A DNA stretch of 44,580 nucleotides from Candidatus Kapaibacterium sp. (GTDB lineage Bacteria; Bacteroidota; Ignavibacteria; Kapaibacteriales; WFXC01), in assembly GCA_027082775.1 (NCBI GenBank), contig JALWUI010000159.1, positions 1 to 44,580 on the forward strand, given 5' to 3'. Position 1 is the stretch's first letter. Every line of letters begins with the position of its first letter. Of the stretch, positions 9,709-19,852 are shown in pieces. A program made the position numbers and the translations under genes. The notes below the pieces were generated by a model, which was not told the DNA's origin, searched no databases, and worked only from the letters and a program-made list of their open reading frames with translations.

Positions 9709-10338
9709 ATGAAACGGTTTAGCCTAATTCTGCTTCTCAGCCTTGGAGTGACCATTGCACATGCGCAGTTATTCTATCCGCTTGGTGTCGGAATTGGTCT
9801 AACAGGACAGATGGGAATCAACGCTGGCGATATTCCGCAGGGAGAAAAAACAGAGCTTGCAATTGCGCCTCTACCGAATTTCTTCGCTTCTGCGTGGTAC
9901 ATTGTTTCGCAGAAGGAAGACTTCGGATTTGCGCTGGATGTGGGATACACCACGAACACGTTCATAATGAAGCCGTACCAGAATGTCACGGACCAAAACC
10001 GCTTCCAGTATGTTCTCAGCTACCTGAGCGTTCATCCGTACATCCAGTTCAAAATGTTTAACCTGGGCGTTGGGCTGGGATTCCCGCTAAGCGGCAAAAG
10101 AGAGAACGTTGCCGGAACAATCTCACAAGAACTATCAAACCTTGCAACGGCGATAGAACTCCGGTTCAAACTCTCGGTTCCCGTGTACCGGGATGCAACG
10201 GGTAAGGTGAGTTTCTGGATTACCGGAGCGTACCAGCTTAATGGGATTTATGCATCGGACATTCCCAACAATCCCAAAGTTGCCTCCGCAGGCATTGGGT
10301 TCAGCTATCACTTTCACTTCCGCCTGTGGGAATACTAA
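9709..10338 (+). CDS. Secreted putative outer-membrane beta-barrel protein
   Basis: Signal peptide ending AHA-Q, amphipathic beta-strands, aromatic-rich C-terminus (GIGFSYHF). Confidence 0.65.
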   Translation: MKRFSLILLLSLGVTIAHAQLFYPLGVGIGLTGQMGINAGDIPQGEKTELAIAPLPNFFASAWYIVSQKEDFGFALDVGYTTNTFIMKPYQNVTDQNRFQYVLSYLSVHPYIQFKMFNLGVGLGFPLSGKRENVAGTISQELSNLATAIELRFKLSVPVYRDATGKVSFWITGAYQLNGIYASDIPNNPKVASAGIGFSYHFHFRLWEY

Positions 10339-10349
10339 GTCCGGTGGTT

Positions 10350-12062
10350 ATGCACCGGCAGGTGTGGAACGTCCTTTTTGCGGGCATTCTCGGATTTTTC
10401 AGCATATTTTCCCTTTTCCGATGCGCGCATCCTCTACCGCCACCGGGAGGACCGCGGGATACCATTCCGCCGACTGTTTTGCAGACAATTCCTACCAGTG
10501 GAACCGTTCGATGGGAACGTCCACAGATTTCCATCGTTTTCAGTGAGGAAATCGCCGTTCAATCTCCCGCCAGGTACATTACCATTTTTCCCCCCACGAA
10601 TTTTCGTGCTGAGTGGGTTGAGGATGACGAGTTGGAAATTCATCTGGATTCGCTCCGGAGCAATCAGACCTATGTTGTTACTGTGAGTCCGGCGTTTCGG
10701 GATGTTGAAGGCAATACGCTGGAAAAGGCGGTAACGCTGGTTTTTTCGACTGGTGACACGATCAGTCAATACGGCGTTGTGGGCAGGATATGGGGGAGAC
10801 ACCGTGGGAGTAAAACCATCGTGTTGTTAACGCAGGAAGGCACGAAGTGGCAGGATTCATTGTGGTATCAGCAGCCGGACTACTGGCTGGAGGTGGGAGC
10901 AGACGGAACGTTCCAGTTTCCTGCTTTGCTTCCGCGGCGATACCGTATCGCTGCTTTTGAAGATCGGAACGGCAATGGTCGGTACGATCGTGGATGGGAG
11001 GCAGCGACGGTTGGATGGAGAGAAGTGGTGCTGGGACCGGTGGTGACTGATACTATTGAGCTGTGGATGTCACCCGTTCCAGACCGGGAGCCGCCGAAGC
11101 TCATTGGAGCAACGCCGCTGACTGCTCGATTGCTCCGGCTGCGGTTTTCTGAACCACTCGATACCGCTTCGATTCAACCGGCAGCATTCTGGTGCCGGGA
11201 TACCGCAACAGGACGGATGCTCAAACCATCGGGAGCAGGGCTGGAGCCGGGAAAACAAACAACTGTTTTGCTGGCATTTGCTACCCCGCTGGCATCCAGC
11301 ATCTGGGATGTTGGCGCCAGCACCGTAGCAGACACCGCAGGAAATGTGCTCGACACCCTCCAGAATCAGGTGCAGTTTCGAATGCCCATACTCGCCGATA
11401 CGCTTGTACCACGCATCGCTGAACTTCCCCTCAAGGGCGACAGTTTGCAGCTTCTGCTCCCGTTTTTTCACTGGATCTTTGCTTTTTCTGTTCCAATGGA
11501 TACGGGGGCAACGGCAGCGGCAATTTCACTTCATCGATTGGACAGTGGGCAGACGGTACCATTGCAGAAACGATGGAAAAGCCAGACCCACATTGAACTT
11601 CAGCCGGTGGATACCCTTTTACCACAGCAGTGGTATGAGCTGCGCATTGATACGGTCGCCATCGCTGTTGGAGGGGTATCGTTGCCCTCTCCGGTTCGCA
11701 TCCGTTTCCGCACGCCCGATCTTCGGGACTTTGGAGAATTCGTCGGGGAGATTCAGGATGCGCATCCCGGAGGACCGTATATCCTGATCGTTCAGGGAAT
11801 CGGTTACGGTATGCAGTATCGGCATACGCTTCAGCAGCCGGGCACGTGGCGTATTCCATCGGTGGTGCCCGATCGGTATCAACTGTGGTGCTTTGAAGAT
11901 GCCAATCGCAATGGACGGTTCGATGTTGGACGCATCGATCCGTATCAACCGTCAGAGCGCTTTACGGGGTGGCAAACGGTCGTGCGGGTAGCACCACGGT
12001 GGACTACCGAAGGAATTCAGATCCGGATGCCGGGACATCCCGCCGCTTCTCGATCAGAATAA
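10350..12062 (+). CDS. Lipoprotein with repeated bacterial Ig-like (Big_5) domains
   Basis: Lipoprotein Cys followed by CAHPLPPPGGPRDTIPP, IVFSE/LRFSEP repeats, DRNGNGRYD and DANRNGRFD Ca-loop-like motifs. Confidence 0.85.
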   Translation: MHRQVWNVLFAGILGFFSIFSLFRCAHPLPPPGGPRDTIPPTVLQTIPTSGTVRWERPQISIVFSEEIAVQSPARYITIFPPTNFRAEWVEDDELEIHLDSLRSNQTYVVTVSPAFRDVEGNTLEKAVTLVFSTGDTISQYGVVGRIWGRHRGSKTIVLLTQEGTKWQDSLWYQQPDYWLEVGADGTFQFPALLPRRYRIAAFEDRNGNGRYDRGWEAATVGWREVVLGPVVTDTIELWMSPVPDREPPKLIGATPLTARLLRLRFSEPLDTASIQPAAFWCRDTATGRMLKPSGAGLEPGKQTTVLLAFATPLASSIWDVGASTVADTAGNVLDTLQNQVQFRMPILADTLVPRIAELPLKGDSLQLLLPFFHWIFAFSVPMDTGATAAAISLHRLDSGQTVPLQKRWKSQTHIELQPVDTLLPQQWYELRIDTVAIAVGGVSLPSPVRIRFRTPDLRDFGEFVGEIQDAHPGGPYILIVQGIGYGMQYRHTLQQPGTWRIPSVVPDRYQLWCFEDANRNGRFDVGRIDPYQPSERFTGWQTVVRVAPRWTTEGIQIRMPGHPAASRSE

Positions 12063-12609
12063 GGTACGGAGAACGGTCTGAACTGTTGAGTCGGCGATAT
12101 TGCACTGCTATAGCGATATCGCGGGGAAAGCGACGACTCCAGTGGATGAGTGCTTCGGATTCCTCTGTCCCTGCAGGATGACCGGGATACACCACAATGC
12201 TGATGCGTCCCCCGACGTTCAGCAGGTGGAAAGCCGATCGCACCGCCGCCATCGTGGTTTCAACATCGGTTGTGATACTGCGGTCTCCGCCGGGAAGATA
12301 ACCCAGGTTGAACATTACCGCACGGATGTGTTTGTGCAGAGAAGCGGGAATATGATCCAGAAGTTTGCTATGGCAAGCGCAGATAAGAGTGCAGCGATGG
12401 TTGAGGTGGAATTCCTGCAAAAGCCTGCGGGTCCGATCTAAGGCGATCTCCTGAATGTCAAAAGCGTACACGTGTCCCGTTTCACCCACGTGCTCTGCTA
12501 AGAAAATCGTGTCTTTGCCGTTGCCAGCCGTTGCATCAATGGCGATGTCGCCTTCGTTAAGGACCTGACCGATAAACAGTTGTGCAATGTAAGTGACCGT
12601 TTCCAGCAT
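12004..12609 (-). CDS. mnmM: YtqB/MnmM-family SAM-dependent methyltransferase
   Basis: DATAGNGKDT, VYAFDIQ, VMFNLGYLPGGD and YPGHPAGTEE are YtqB-family signatures. Confidence 0.85.
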   Translation of the reverse strand: MLETVTYIAQLFIGQVLNEGDIAIDATAGNGKDTIFLAEHVGETGHVYAFDIQEIALDRTRRLLQEFHLNHRCTLICACHSKLLDHIPASLHKHIRAVMFNLGYLPGGDRSITTDVETTMAAVRSAFHLLNVGGRISIVVYPGHPAGTEESEALIHWSRRFPRDIAIAVQYRRLNSSDRSPYLILIEKRRDVPASGSEFLR

Positions 12610-12610
12610 T

Positions 12611-13666
12611 TTATCCGAACCGATTCAGATGGACTTCCGAGGGAATGGAATCTTTACCGGATAAAGCCTCAGCCAGCACGGACGCTAAGAAAGGAGCGTA
12701 CCCCACGCCTTTGGTTCCCAGCCCTGTAAAGAGCCAGAGTTGGGGATACTGAGGATGGGGACCAAGAGCTGGCAGGTGGTCGGGAAAAGTGATGCGAACA
12801 CCTGAATGGTGCGCCAGAATCGTTACTGGAACAGTGGCAAAGTTCTGGAGCGCAGAGCGGAGTTGACGGTAGCCTTCAGCCGTTGGCAGAGCAGTTGCAT
12901 CGTCCCATCGGTAGGTGGCACCAAACCGGAATATGTGATTCCCCAGGGGTGCCCAGTGGACACCCCGATTGAAAATCAAATTCTCTGGTAGCGATTCAGC
13001 AGCAAAGGTCAGCGATTCGCCTTTGGCAAACTGGAACGGCAACAGGGAGTTCCAGAAATGAGAATGGAGGATAGAGTCGCCGGGACAAAAAACGGCGAAC
13101 CGTGCTCGCACCTGACGATTCCAGCGAACGCTCCGGTGATCTAATTCGAGTTGAGCGTCGGTGTAGCGACTTTCGATCAGAGCATCGTGGTGGAACAGAA
13201 ATTGCCGCCAGGAGTGTAGAAATTTCTCTGTCTGGAGAAGAAAACTCTGGCGGGTTAGGAATCCACCCAGCGGAGCAGAAACCCATTGGGCAACTTCTTC
13301 GGGAGAAAGAAAGCGATCGATGAACTCCGCAAGAACCGTTTCCAGCTTCCGCTGCTCCCACCGCTTCTTCTGTTCTTCATCTCTGAAGAAACGAGCAATG
13401 GGCAGCGGAAAGAGAAATTGCATATTGAAGAACCGCTCAATCTCCGTAACTGCTTCAATGAGAGCGTCCCGGCAATCGGGAAAGTTCCAGAAGGGCGTAA
13501 AGCGGTATCCGGCGATGGGATTGAAGGTCCCGGTGCCGGTCGCAGAAGCCGGAAGGATTTGAGGGGAGTCCACAACCAGCACGTCCACGCCGCGACGAAT
13601 CAACCAGAAGCTGAGAAAAGACCCTGCAAGCCCCTGTCCAATAATGAGGACGTCCACCGAGCGCAT
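12611..13666 (-). CDS. FAD-dependent oxidoreductase (DAO family; resembles the MnmC oxidase domain)
   Basis: IIGQGLAG, KGE, FGATY, SGVR...DHLPALG, TGLGTKGVGYAP. Confidence 0.85.
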   Translation of the reverse strand: MRSVDVLIIGQGLAGSFLSFWLIRRGVDVLVVDSPQILPASATGTGTFNPIAGYRFTPFWNFPDCRDALIEAVTEIERFFNMQFLFPLPIARFFRDEEQKKRWEQRKLETVLAEFIDRFLSPEEVAQWVSAPLGGFLTRQSFLLQTEKFLHSWRQFLFHHDALIESRYTDAQLELDHRSVRWNRQVRARFAVFCPGDSILHSHFWNSLLPFQFAKGESLTFAAESLPENLIFNRGVHWAPLGNHIFRFGATYRWDDATALPTAEGYRQLRSALQNFATVPVTILAHHSGVRITFPDHLPALGPHPQYPQLWLFTGLGTKGVGYAPFLASVLAEALSGKDSIPSEVHLNRFG

Positions 13667-13697
13667 TGTGCATTCTTTTGCTACTGTGTATAAAACA

Positions 13698-13724
13698 CAG
13701 AAGCGGCGCCGGGCGCCGCTTCTG
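13698..13724 (-). terminator. Hairpin, likely terminator after the bacilliredoxin gene
   Basis: CAGAAGCGGCGCC-G-GGCGCCGCTTCTG (13-bp perfect arms); followed on the minus strand by TGTTTT. Confidence 0.6.
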
Positions 13725-13760
13725 GCAAGCAGGAGGTTTCGAGTTTATTGTGAAACACTG

Positions 13761-14201
13761 CTACGCATTGGACGGTTCTTCTTTTCTGCAAAAACGTTCA
13801 AAAGCTTCAACCAGTGTATCGGCAATTCCTTCCGGATCGAGCATTTCAATGTGATGGCGGTGCATCATAAAGACTAGCTTTCCATCTTTCAGCAGGGCAA
13901 ACGAAGGAGAAGATGGCGGCTGATTGGTAAAGTACTCCCGTGCCCGCGCCGTTGCTTCCAGATCCTGTCCGGCAAAGACGGTAACCAGCCGGTCCGGTAA
14001 TACCGTCGCTTTTTGAAGAGCTAAAGCAACGCCGGGTCGGGCAGCGGCAGCGGTGCATCCGCATACGGAGTTCACGACAACAAACGTTGTGCCCGGCAGC
14101 GGCAGAACCTGATCGACCTCCTCTGGTGTTCGGAGTTCCTGAAATCCGATCCGGGTCAGTTCTTCTCGCATTGGCTGGACTAAAAGTTCATCGTATGGCA
14201 T
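13761..14201 (-). CDS. Bacilliredoxin, BrxA/BrxB (YphP/YqiW) family
   Basis: VVNSVCGC motif, TVFAGQDLEATARARE, PPSSPSFAL. Confidence 0.92.
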   Translation of the reverse strand: MPYDELLVQPMREELTRIGFQELRTPEEVDQVLPLPGTTFVVVNSVCGCTAAAARPGVALALQKATVLPDRLVTVFAGQDLEATARAREYFTNQPPSSPSFALLKDGKLVFMMHRHHIEMLDPEGIADTLVEAFERFCRKEEPSNA

Positions 14202-14357
14202 CGATGCTTATCACCGTTTGTGGAACACAAAGTCGAATTTCCAAAGGACGATTCATCGGGAACGCCAGTGCGTTGGAAGAGGCGTTTCTCAGAGGGAAGC
14301 TCCCCAGTTCCTCGAAAGTACCGACGATAGGGGTCCCACCTCCCGCCGGTATATCCT

Positions 14358-14380
14358 GGGAGCGCCGGCTTTAGCCGGCA
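14358..14380 (+). repeat. REP-like palindromic repeat
   Basis: GGGAGCGCCGGCTTTAGCCGGCA; near-identical copies at 20065, 20129 and 40911. Confidence 0.8.
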
Positions 14381-14460
14381 AAAGAAATGTAGGCTGGCAA
14401 TGCGCGGCGGTATATGAAACAGTGTGGTTTCTACTTTTTCTTTCGCATTCCGTGCAGCGC

Positions 14461-14491
14461 TTGACTTTTTGCAAAGTTTTTTGTATATTTG
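14461..14491 (+). promoter_or_regulatory. Promoter of the S8 peptidase cassette
   Basis: TTGACT-N17-TATATTTG fits both sigma70 spacing and the Bacteroidota TAnnTTTG element. Confidence 0.7.
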
Positions 14492-14535
14492 CACTGTTCT
14501 CATCAGCGGTTCGTGGAACAAAAAAGGTGAGAGCG

Positions 14536-16876
14536 ATGAGAAAACTGCGCCTGTTTTTGTTCTTTCTCTTCCTGTTTGGGGGGGGGGGATATAGTTGCCC
14601 AACTCCAGTTACCCGTTTTCCTTGATACCCGTGGAGATACCATTGATTACAATTTTCCGCCACCGGATACGGCTTACGCGCCGGGAAAGCTCATCGTGCG
14701 ATTTTATCCCCACGCTTTGTACCTTGACTCACTGTGTTACGCTTATCCGGCTCCGATCACGGAGGGAGCGCCGGGTGAAGGGGTTTTGATGTTGCCTCCG
14801 TCGCTGCGCCAGCATTTGTTATCGCAGCAGTTTTCCGTTGCTTCCATCATCCGGGATTCGGCACTTCGAGTGACGCTTGAAAATCTGGGGGTTGATTTCC
14901 TGCAGCGAATGACGGTAGCCAACCCGTGTGCTGATACGATTTCCATCACGCGCTACGGTGATACGGTCCGATGCACTGATTACCTGTGGATGGTGATGAA
15001 GTTTCGGAGTGATACCATCGATATCATTGATGCAGCGGATCAGATTTTAAGCAATCACTGGGATGTGGTGGAGATTGTGGAGCCTAATTACTATCTGGAG
15101 CTTTTGGACCGGACACCTTCTCGAGATCCGAATTTCCCCTTGCAGATCAGCCTGCATCGGGAGATGACGGGAGTAACACGGGCGTGGGACTTTGAGGTTG
15201 GAGATTATGCGATCAAAGTCGGGGTCATAGACGATGGGATATGGTATTATCATTGCGATTTGGGTGGTGGTAAGGGATGGGGATACAAGGTTGCTGGTGG
15301 CTGGAATTGGACGGAAGATACGACAGATTTCAGTATAGGTTCCAGTCATGGAACTCCTGTGGCTGGCATTGTTGGGGCGTTGACCAATAGAGGATGTGTG
15401 GAGCAGGGAGTTGCCGGGATTGCTGGTGGATGGGGACCGGATAACAACTATAGCGATGAGGGAATAGGGTGTGCACTATATGGCTTTCGTGTTGCTCATC
15501 CGCAGTGGTCGGGGTATTTATCTCTTGCTTACGCTATTGCTGCTATTCTGGAAGCCAGCAGTCGTAATCCGAACACCGGGTATGGATATGGAGTGCACGT
15601 CATTAATGCCAGTTGGGGAGGTTCATTCTACAGCTTTGCGTTGAGATCCGCGATATTGTATGCATTTGAAAATGGGGTCAGCTTTGTTGCAGCAAGGGGG
15701 AATAGCTATGATGATCGATTGCATTATCCTGCGTGCTACGACGAGTGGTGGGTGTCCAGTGTGGGGGCATCTGATAGGTCCAGGAATCGGATTGATTATT
15801 CTTCGTATGGCAGGGGGATGGATTTCCTGGCTCCGGGAGGATATTATTCAGGTCCGAACGCTATAGTGTACACTACTCAATACGGCGGAGGGTTTGGATA
15901 TTTTGCAGGAACCTCTGCGGCAGCGCCCCACGTCAGTGGTCTGATTGCACTGTTGTGTTCTGAAGCCCGGGAGCACCAGTGGGATCTGGTGGTGGAGGAT
16001 TACGAAGGAATGATTAAGGCTGCTTGTGAAGATAAGTTGTCACGTTTCTATGACGATCAAACTGGATGGGGACATATCCGGGCAGATACGTTGTTTGATA
16101 TGCTCCAGCGAGGATACAGGGTGAGCCATTTCTCTGTTGATTCAGTGGCAATCGACTCTGTTGGAGAATGGAGTCCGACTTTTTTGCTGCTGGTGCTTAA
16201 TGCTGGAGGGCGACCAAAGCCGTTAGCTTCGGGACCTTACCTGGCACAGCGCCGATGGGTCTATGGTACGATTCATTTGCCTCCACATCGGTGGATAGTG
16301 GATAGTGCAAATCCCCTGTTCGTGTGGGGGCGGAGCGGTGAAGGAGCGCCCAGTGGTTGGTCGCTGGCAAATCCGTGCCTTCAAGCTGGTGCGACGTATG
16401 TTCTTTCAGGACGGGGTGGCAACGGGAAGACTGATGGCATCTACCATAGCCATTCCTTCCAGGTTCGGGTTGCCAACCTGCAGTATAAGCTGGTGTCGCT
16501 ATTGAATGGGAGGCGATCGACGCGACCAAAGAAGCTTGGATTCCATATTTCGGTTTTTGGAAGGGAGAAGGTAACCGATGTAGAAGACCGGGATGGACGG
16601 ACCCGGCATACGGCTGAGGGGCGTCGGTGGGCATTCCGGTGTGTGGTGCAGGATCGGAAGCTCAAGGTGTGGGTGAGCTCCTCAGTCCCGGGAAGTGAGG
16701 AAATGACGGTACGGATTTTTGATGCGCAGGGCAAGATGTTGTATGCTGGATCTGGCGTGTTGCGCCGGGGAGGAGAACCGCAGGAGTTTCTGGTTCCCCG
16801 TCTTTCCCGTGGGGTTTATTTTGTCCAACTGCGGATCGGAGCGGATGTGGTCACGCAGCCGGTATTTGTCTGGTAG
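14536..16876 (+). CDS. S8 subtilisin-like peptidase with T9SS-type CTD; frameshifted at a G11 tract in the signal peptide
   Basis: Catalytic triad VGVIDDG / SHGTPVAG / GTSAAAPHVSG. CTD VRIFDAQGKML...LSRGVYFVQL. ATG 14536 (MRKLRLFLFFLFLF) is out of frame with the body unless the tract is G10. Confidence 0.9.
14578..14588 (+). repeat. Poly-G (G11) tract
   Basis: TTT-G11-ATATAG. Confidence 0.95.
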
Positions 16877-17894
16877 CATTGTCTGGATGCTGCTTTTGCT
16901 GCTGAGTGGTGGGTGGGGTGGATGCCAGGATGTTCCCGTGCAGCCGTCCCCGCCGCCGTGTGAATGGAATAATGGATATCGATTTATTGTACCACCATCG
17001 GGACATATTGTCAGAGGAGCATCGCCGGATGGAATGATGGTGGCATATGAGGACGTACGTGATGAAGGTCCTTTACACATTATCGACGTGAGCACTTATG
17101 AAATATACAAGATTGAGCTTCAGCCATATTTGCCAGAGGGAGAGATTTCTGCTGGAGCAGGAAGGATCTTATGGTGTCCGTATGATCACCGGCGCCTGAT
17201 GGTATTGGCCAAGTCGATAGATCAAGAGGGAAGATTCCGTGACTATGCATTTGTGATCGCTCTTTCAGACGGTATGGCGGTTCGAGTGGAGAAGGTGATA
17301 CCGGAAAGTCCGGGGGATCAGGTGTTTCTGCACTGGATGGCGACTTCAAAGCCTGGAGCAGATTACTTTGTGTTGTCAGGAGAGCGGATGTACTGGTTGC
17401 AGCAGGATACGATTTTGCCGCTTCCGGAGAAGTATCGCGGAGAGCCGCAGCGACGGGTATGGAGTCCCGGCGATCAGCACTGGTTTGGTATCGTAGAGGA
17501 TGGGAACGGTCAGCGACGATTTTTGCTGGATGGAGTGGAGATACAATTACCGAGGGAAACTGGTAGGGCAAGCTGGGCACCCAATGGGCGGAGTTTGATT
17601 TTGTCGCTCTATTATAATGATGAGAGTTGGGAGAATAAAGGTCCGGGCATTGACCGATTCTGGGTTATTACGGATGTCAGTCAGGTGTTGAAAAATTCGT
17701 CACCTGAAGTGGAGCCAGATTATGTGATTGATCCATCAGAGCAGTGGTGTATGTATTCGATGGACCCAGTGCCGCGGTTTACCGGTGATACGACCTTTGC
17801 GGTCTCCCTGTTTCCGCCGGGGTTTTTCACCTGTTACATATATGAGGTTTCGGTTGAAGGACGGATTTTGCGGCAGTTAACATTCGAGTTGTGA
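16845..17894 (+). CDS. Lipoprotein with TolB/WD40-like beta-propeller repeats (paralog 1)
   Basis: Lipobox-like WGG-C; SPDG, WSPGD, WAPNG repeats; ends YIYEVSVEGRILRQLT. Start codon uncertain. Confidence 0.7.
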   Translation: MWSRSRYLSGSIVWMLLLLLSGGWGGCQDVPVQPSPPPCEWNNGYRFIVPPSGHIVRGASPDGMMVAYEDVRDEGPLHIIDVSTYEIYKIELQPYLPEGEISAGAGRILWCPYDHRRLMVLAKSIDQEGRFRDYAFVIALSDGMAVRVEKVIPESPGDQVFLHWMATSKPGADYFVLSGERMYWLQQDTILPLPEKYRGEPQRRVWSPGDQHWFGIVEDGNGQRRFLLDGVEIQLPRETGRASWAPNGRSLILSLYYNDESWENKGPGIDRFWVITDVSQVLKNSSPEVEPDYVIDPSEQWCMYSMDPVPRFTGDTTFAVSLFPPGFFTCYIYEVSVEGRILRQLTFEL

Positions 17895-17901
17895 GGGAGC
17901 G

Positions 17902-19065
17902 ATGGGAGTTGGGAAGAGGAGGCAAGGCGGAGCAGAGCGATGGTGGTTTGTGATTGTGGGGCTCATCGGGCTGATGCTCGGAAGTGGGGGGTGTGGGGAG
18001 GTGGTGGCGCCGAGACCGTGCTTTTTCCCGCACAGTCTGGGGGATAAAAATGCGCAGTTTCCGGAAGAGGGATATCATCAGGTGCTGCGGGTGTCGCCGA
18101 AGGAACGACACATAGGGTTTATTGTACGCCGGCAGCAGTTTTATTTTGGAGTCCGGAGTCTGGACCCGGCGAATTTGCAGTGGGACGATGGACGAATGGA
18201 TGCAGCGATTCGAGCACTGGGGTTCGGCATCAGGGATGTGTTGTCAATGCACTGGGCACCGTATTCCGATCGGTATGTCTTGATAGAGGCACAGACAATG
18301 GTGGATACAGGGAGATGGGTGGCATTCGGGCGGAATTATTTTCTGGTGGACCGGCAGCAGGGGAAAGCCTATCGGATAGCACCATCGGGATATAGCACAG
18401 CATTTTCGGTGGATGAAACGCTGCGGTTCTACCGATGGATGGAGCAATCCGAGCCGGGGAAGAATTTTCTGGATGCGGGGGACAAGGGGATGTATTATCT
18501 TGAGGGCGATGAGTTTTTGCCGTTTGAAAATGATCCGGTGGAACGATGGCGGCGGCAGGTGATGGGAGAAGGGAAATGGGAGCGGCGGTGGTGGCAGGAA
18601 GTGTCGCCGGATGGGGAGAAGGTGTTTCTGGCAGTAGAGCTTTCGGGGCGATATGGGGGATATGCGTACTACGTGAACGGCTACCGGTTGTGGTTTGAAC
18701 GTCGGGCGAGGTATCCGATCATCGTCAGGCGGGCACGATGGTCGCCGGATGGGAAGCGGCTGGCACTGGTGGTGATGCCGGTGCCGCCGAGGCTGTTTCC
18801 GCAGATCTGGATCTGGGACGATGTGGATCGGCTGCTTCGGGAGCGGCCGGTGGTGGCAAAGCCGGATCGGGTGGTGGATTTGTGGCAAACGGCGTGCGGG
18901 TATCGGTTTTTGCCGGGCGGGGATTTTCTGAGCAAAGATCGGCTGGTGGTGACGATGGTGCCGCCGAGGGATACATTGCCGTTTGCGTATGGGTATCTGT
19001 ACGAAGTGGATTTGCAGGGACAGATTCTGCGGCAGTTGACGATGACCCCGTTGCCATATAAGTAG
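17902..19065 (+). CDS. Lipoprotein with TolB/WD40-like beta-propeller repeats (paralog 2)
   Basis: SGG-C lipobox; VSPDGEKV, WSPDGKRL; ends YLYEVDLQGQILRQLT. Confidence 0.75.
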   Translation: MGVGKRRQGGAERWWFVIVGLIGLMLGSGGCGEVVAPRPCFFPHSLGDKNAQFPEEGYHQVLRVSPKERHIGFIVRRQQFYFGVRSLDPANLQWDDGRMDAAIRALGFGIRDVLSMHWAPYSDRYVLIEAQTMVDTGRWVAFGRNYFLVDRQQGKAYRIAPSGYSTAFSVDETLRFYRWMEQSEPGKNFLDAGDKGMYYLEGDEFLPFENDPVERWRRQVMGEGKWERRWWQEVSPDGEKVFLAVELSGRYGGYAYYVNGYRLWFERRARYPIIVRRARWSPDGKRLALVVMPVPPRLFPQIWIWDDVDRLLRERPVVAKPDRVVDLWQTACGYRFLPGGDFLSKDRLVVTMVPPRDTLPFAYGYLYEVDLQGQILRQLTMTPLPYK

Positions 19066-19090
19066 CTGTTTCACAAAGAGGAGTGAGGAG

Positions 19091-19852
19091 ATGCAGCGAT
19101 GGTGGATGGTGGTGATCGTGGCAGTTGGGATCATTGGTGGAGGGATGATCGGGGGATGTGAGGATGTGACTGGACCGCGGGAGACATCGTGGATGATGCC
19201 GCTGGATTCGGGGAATTGGTGGGAATACGAATGGGTAGCGGGGAGCCTTGATACCCTGAAGTTTACAAAGCGGGTGCGGATCGAGGTAGCAGGAAGGCGG
19301 AGGGTTGATGGTCGAGCGGCGGCGATGGTGGTGTGGCGGTGGCAGTCGGAAGGTGGGGAGTTTCGGGATACGGTGTTCTGGGAGGAACGGAATGGGCAGT
19401 TGTGGGAGTATAGAAACTGGTGGATTTTGAGATTTTGGGGGATATCCCTTCGGTGGTTACCAGTGGCAGATTTTGGAAAGCCGAGTTGGAGTTATCGTTT
19501 TCAGTTCTCGGGCGCAGATACAGTAGAGTTGGTAGGAATGAAGCTCGTTGCGGACTGGATAGAGTATGGAGCCCGGTATGAAGGACGCCAGACAGTAACT
19601 TTTCTGGATACTTCTGCTGTTGCTTTGCAATATCGTTGTAGTGTGCGAGATCAGTTTTCATCGTATGGCTCAGGAGAGAGAGTGTATCCGGGATGCGAGG
19701 GGCAATGGTTGTGGATCTGGGTTGTTCGAGGGATCGGGATCGTGCAGTTTCAGGTAGCAGATGACTGGTCGTGGGAGTTTATGACCGATTATGAGCCGTG
19801 CGAGCCGAGGGATCCGGTTATGTGGCGCTTGCGGCGGTATTCGATTCGGTAG
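19091..19852 (+). CDS. Hypothetical lipoprotein
   Basis: GAGGAG RBS, IGG-C lipobox, MPLDSGNWWEY N-terminal motif, WVVRGIGIV near the C-terminus. Confidence 0.75.
   Translation: MQRWWMVVIVAVGIIGGGMIGGCEDVTGPRETSWMMPLDSGNWWEYEWVAGSLDTLKFTKRVRIEVAGRRRVDGRAAAMVVWRWQSEGGEFRDTVFWEERNGQLWEYRNWWILRFWGISLRWLPVADFGKPSWSYRFQFSGADTVELVGMKLVADWIEYGARYEGRQTVTFLDTSAVALQYRCSVRDQFSSYGSGERVYPGCEGQWLWIWVVRGIGIVQFQVADDWSWEFMTDYEPCEPRDPVMWRLRRYSIR

Noticed and set aside
14510-14520. Extra parS sites (GTGGAACA half-sites near 14220, 14513 and 20156)
   Set aside because: Half-sites only, not palindromic.
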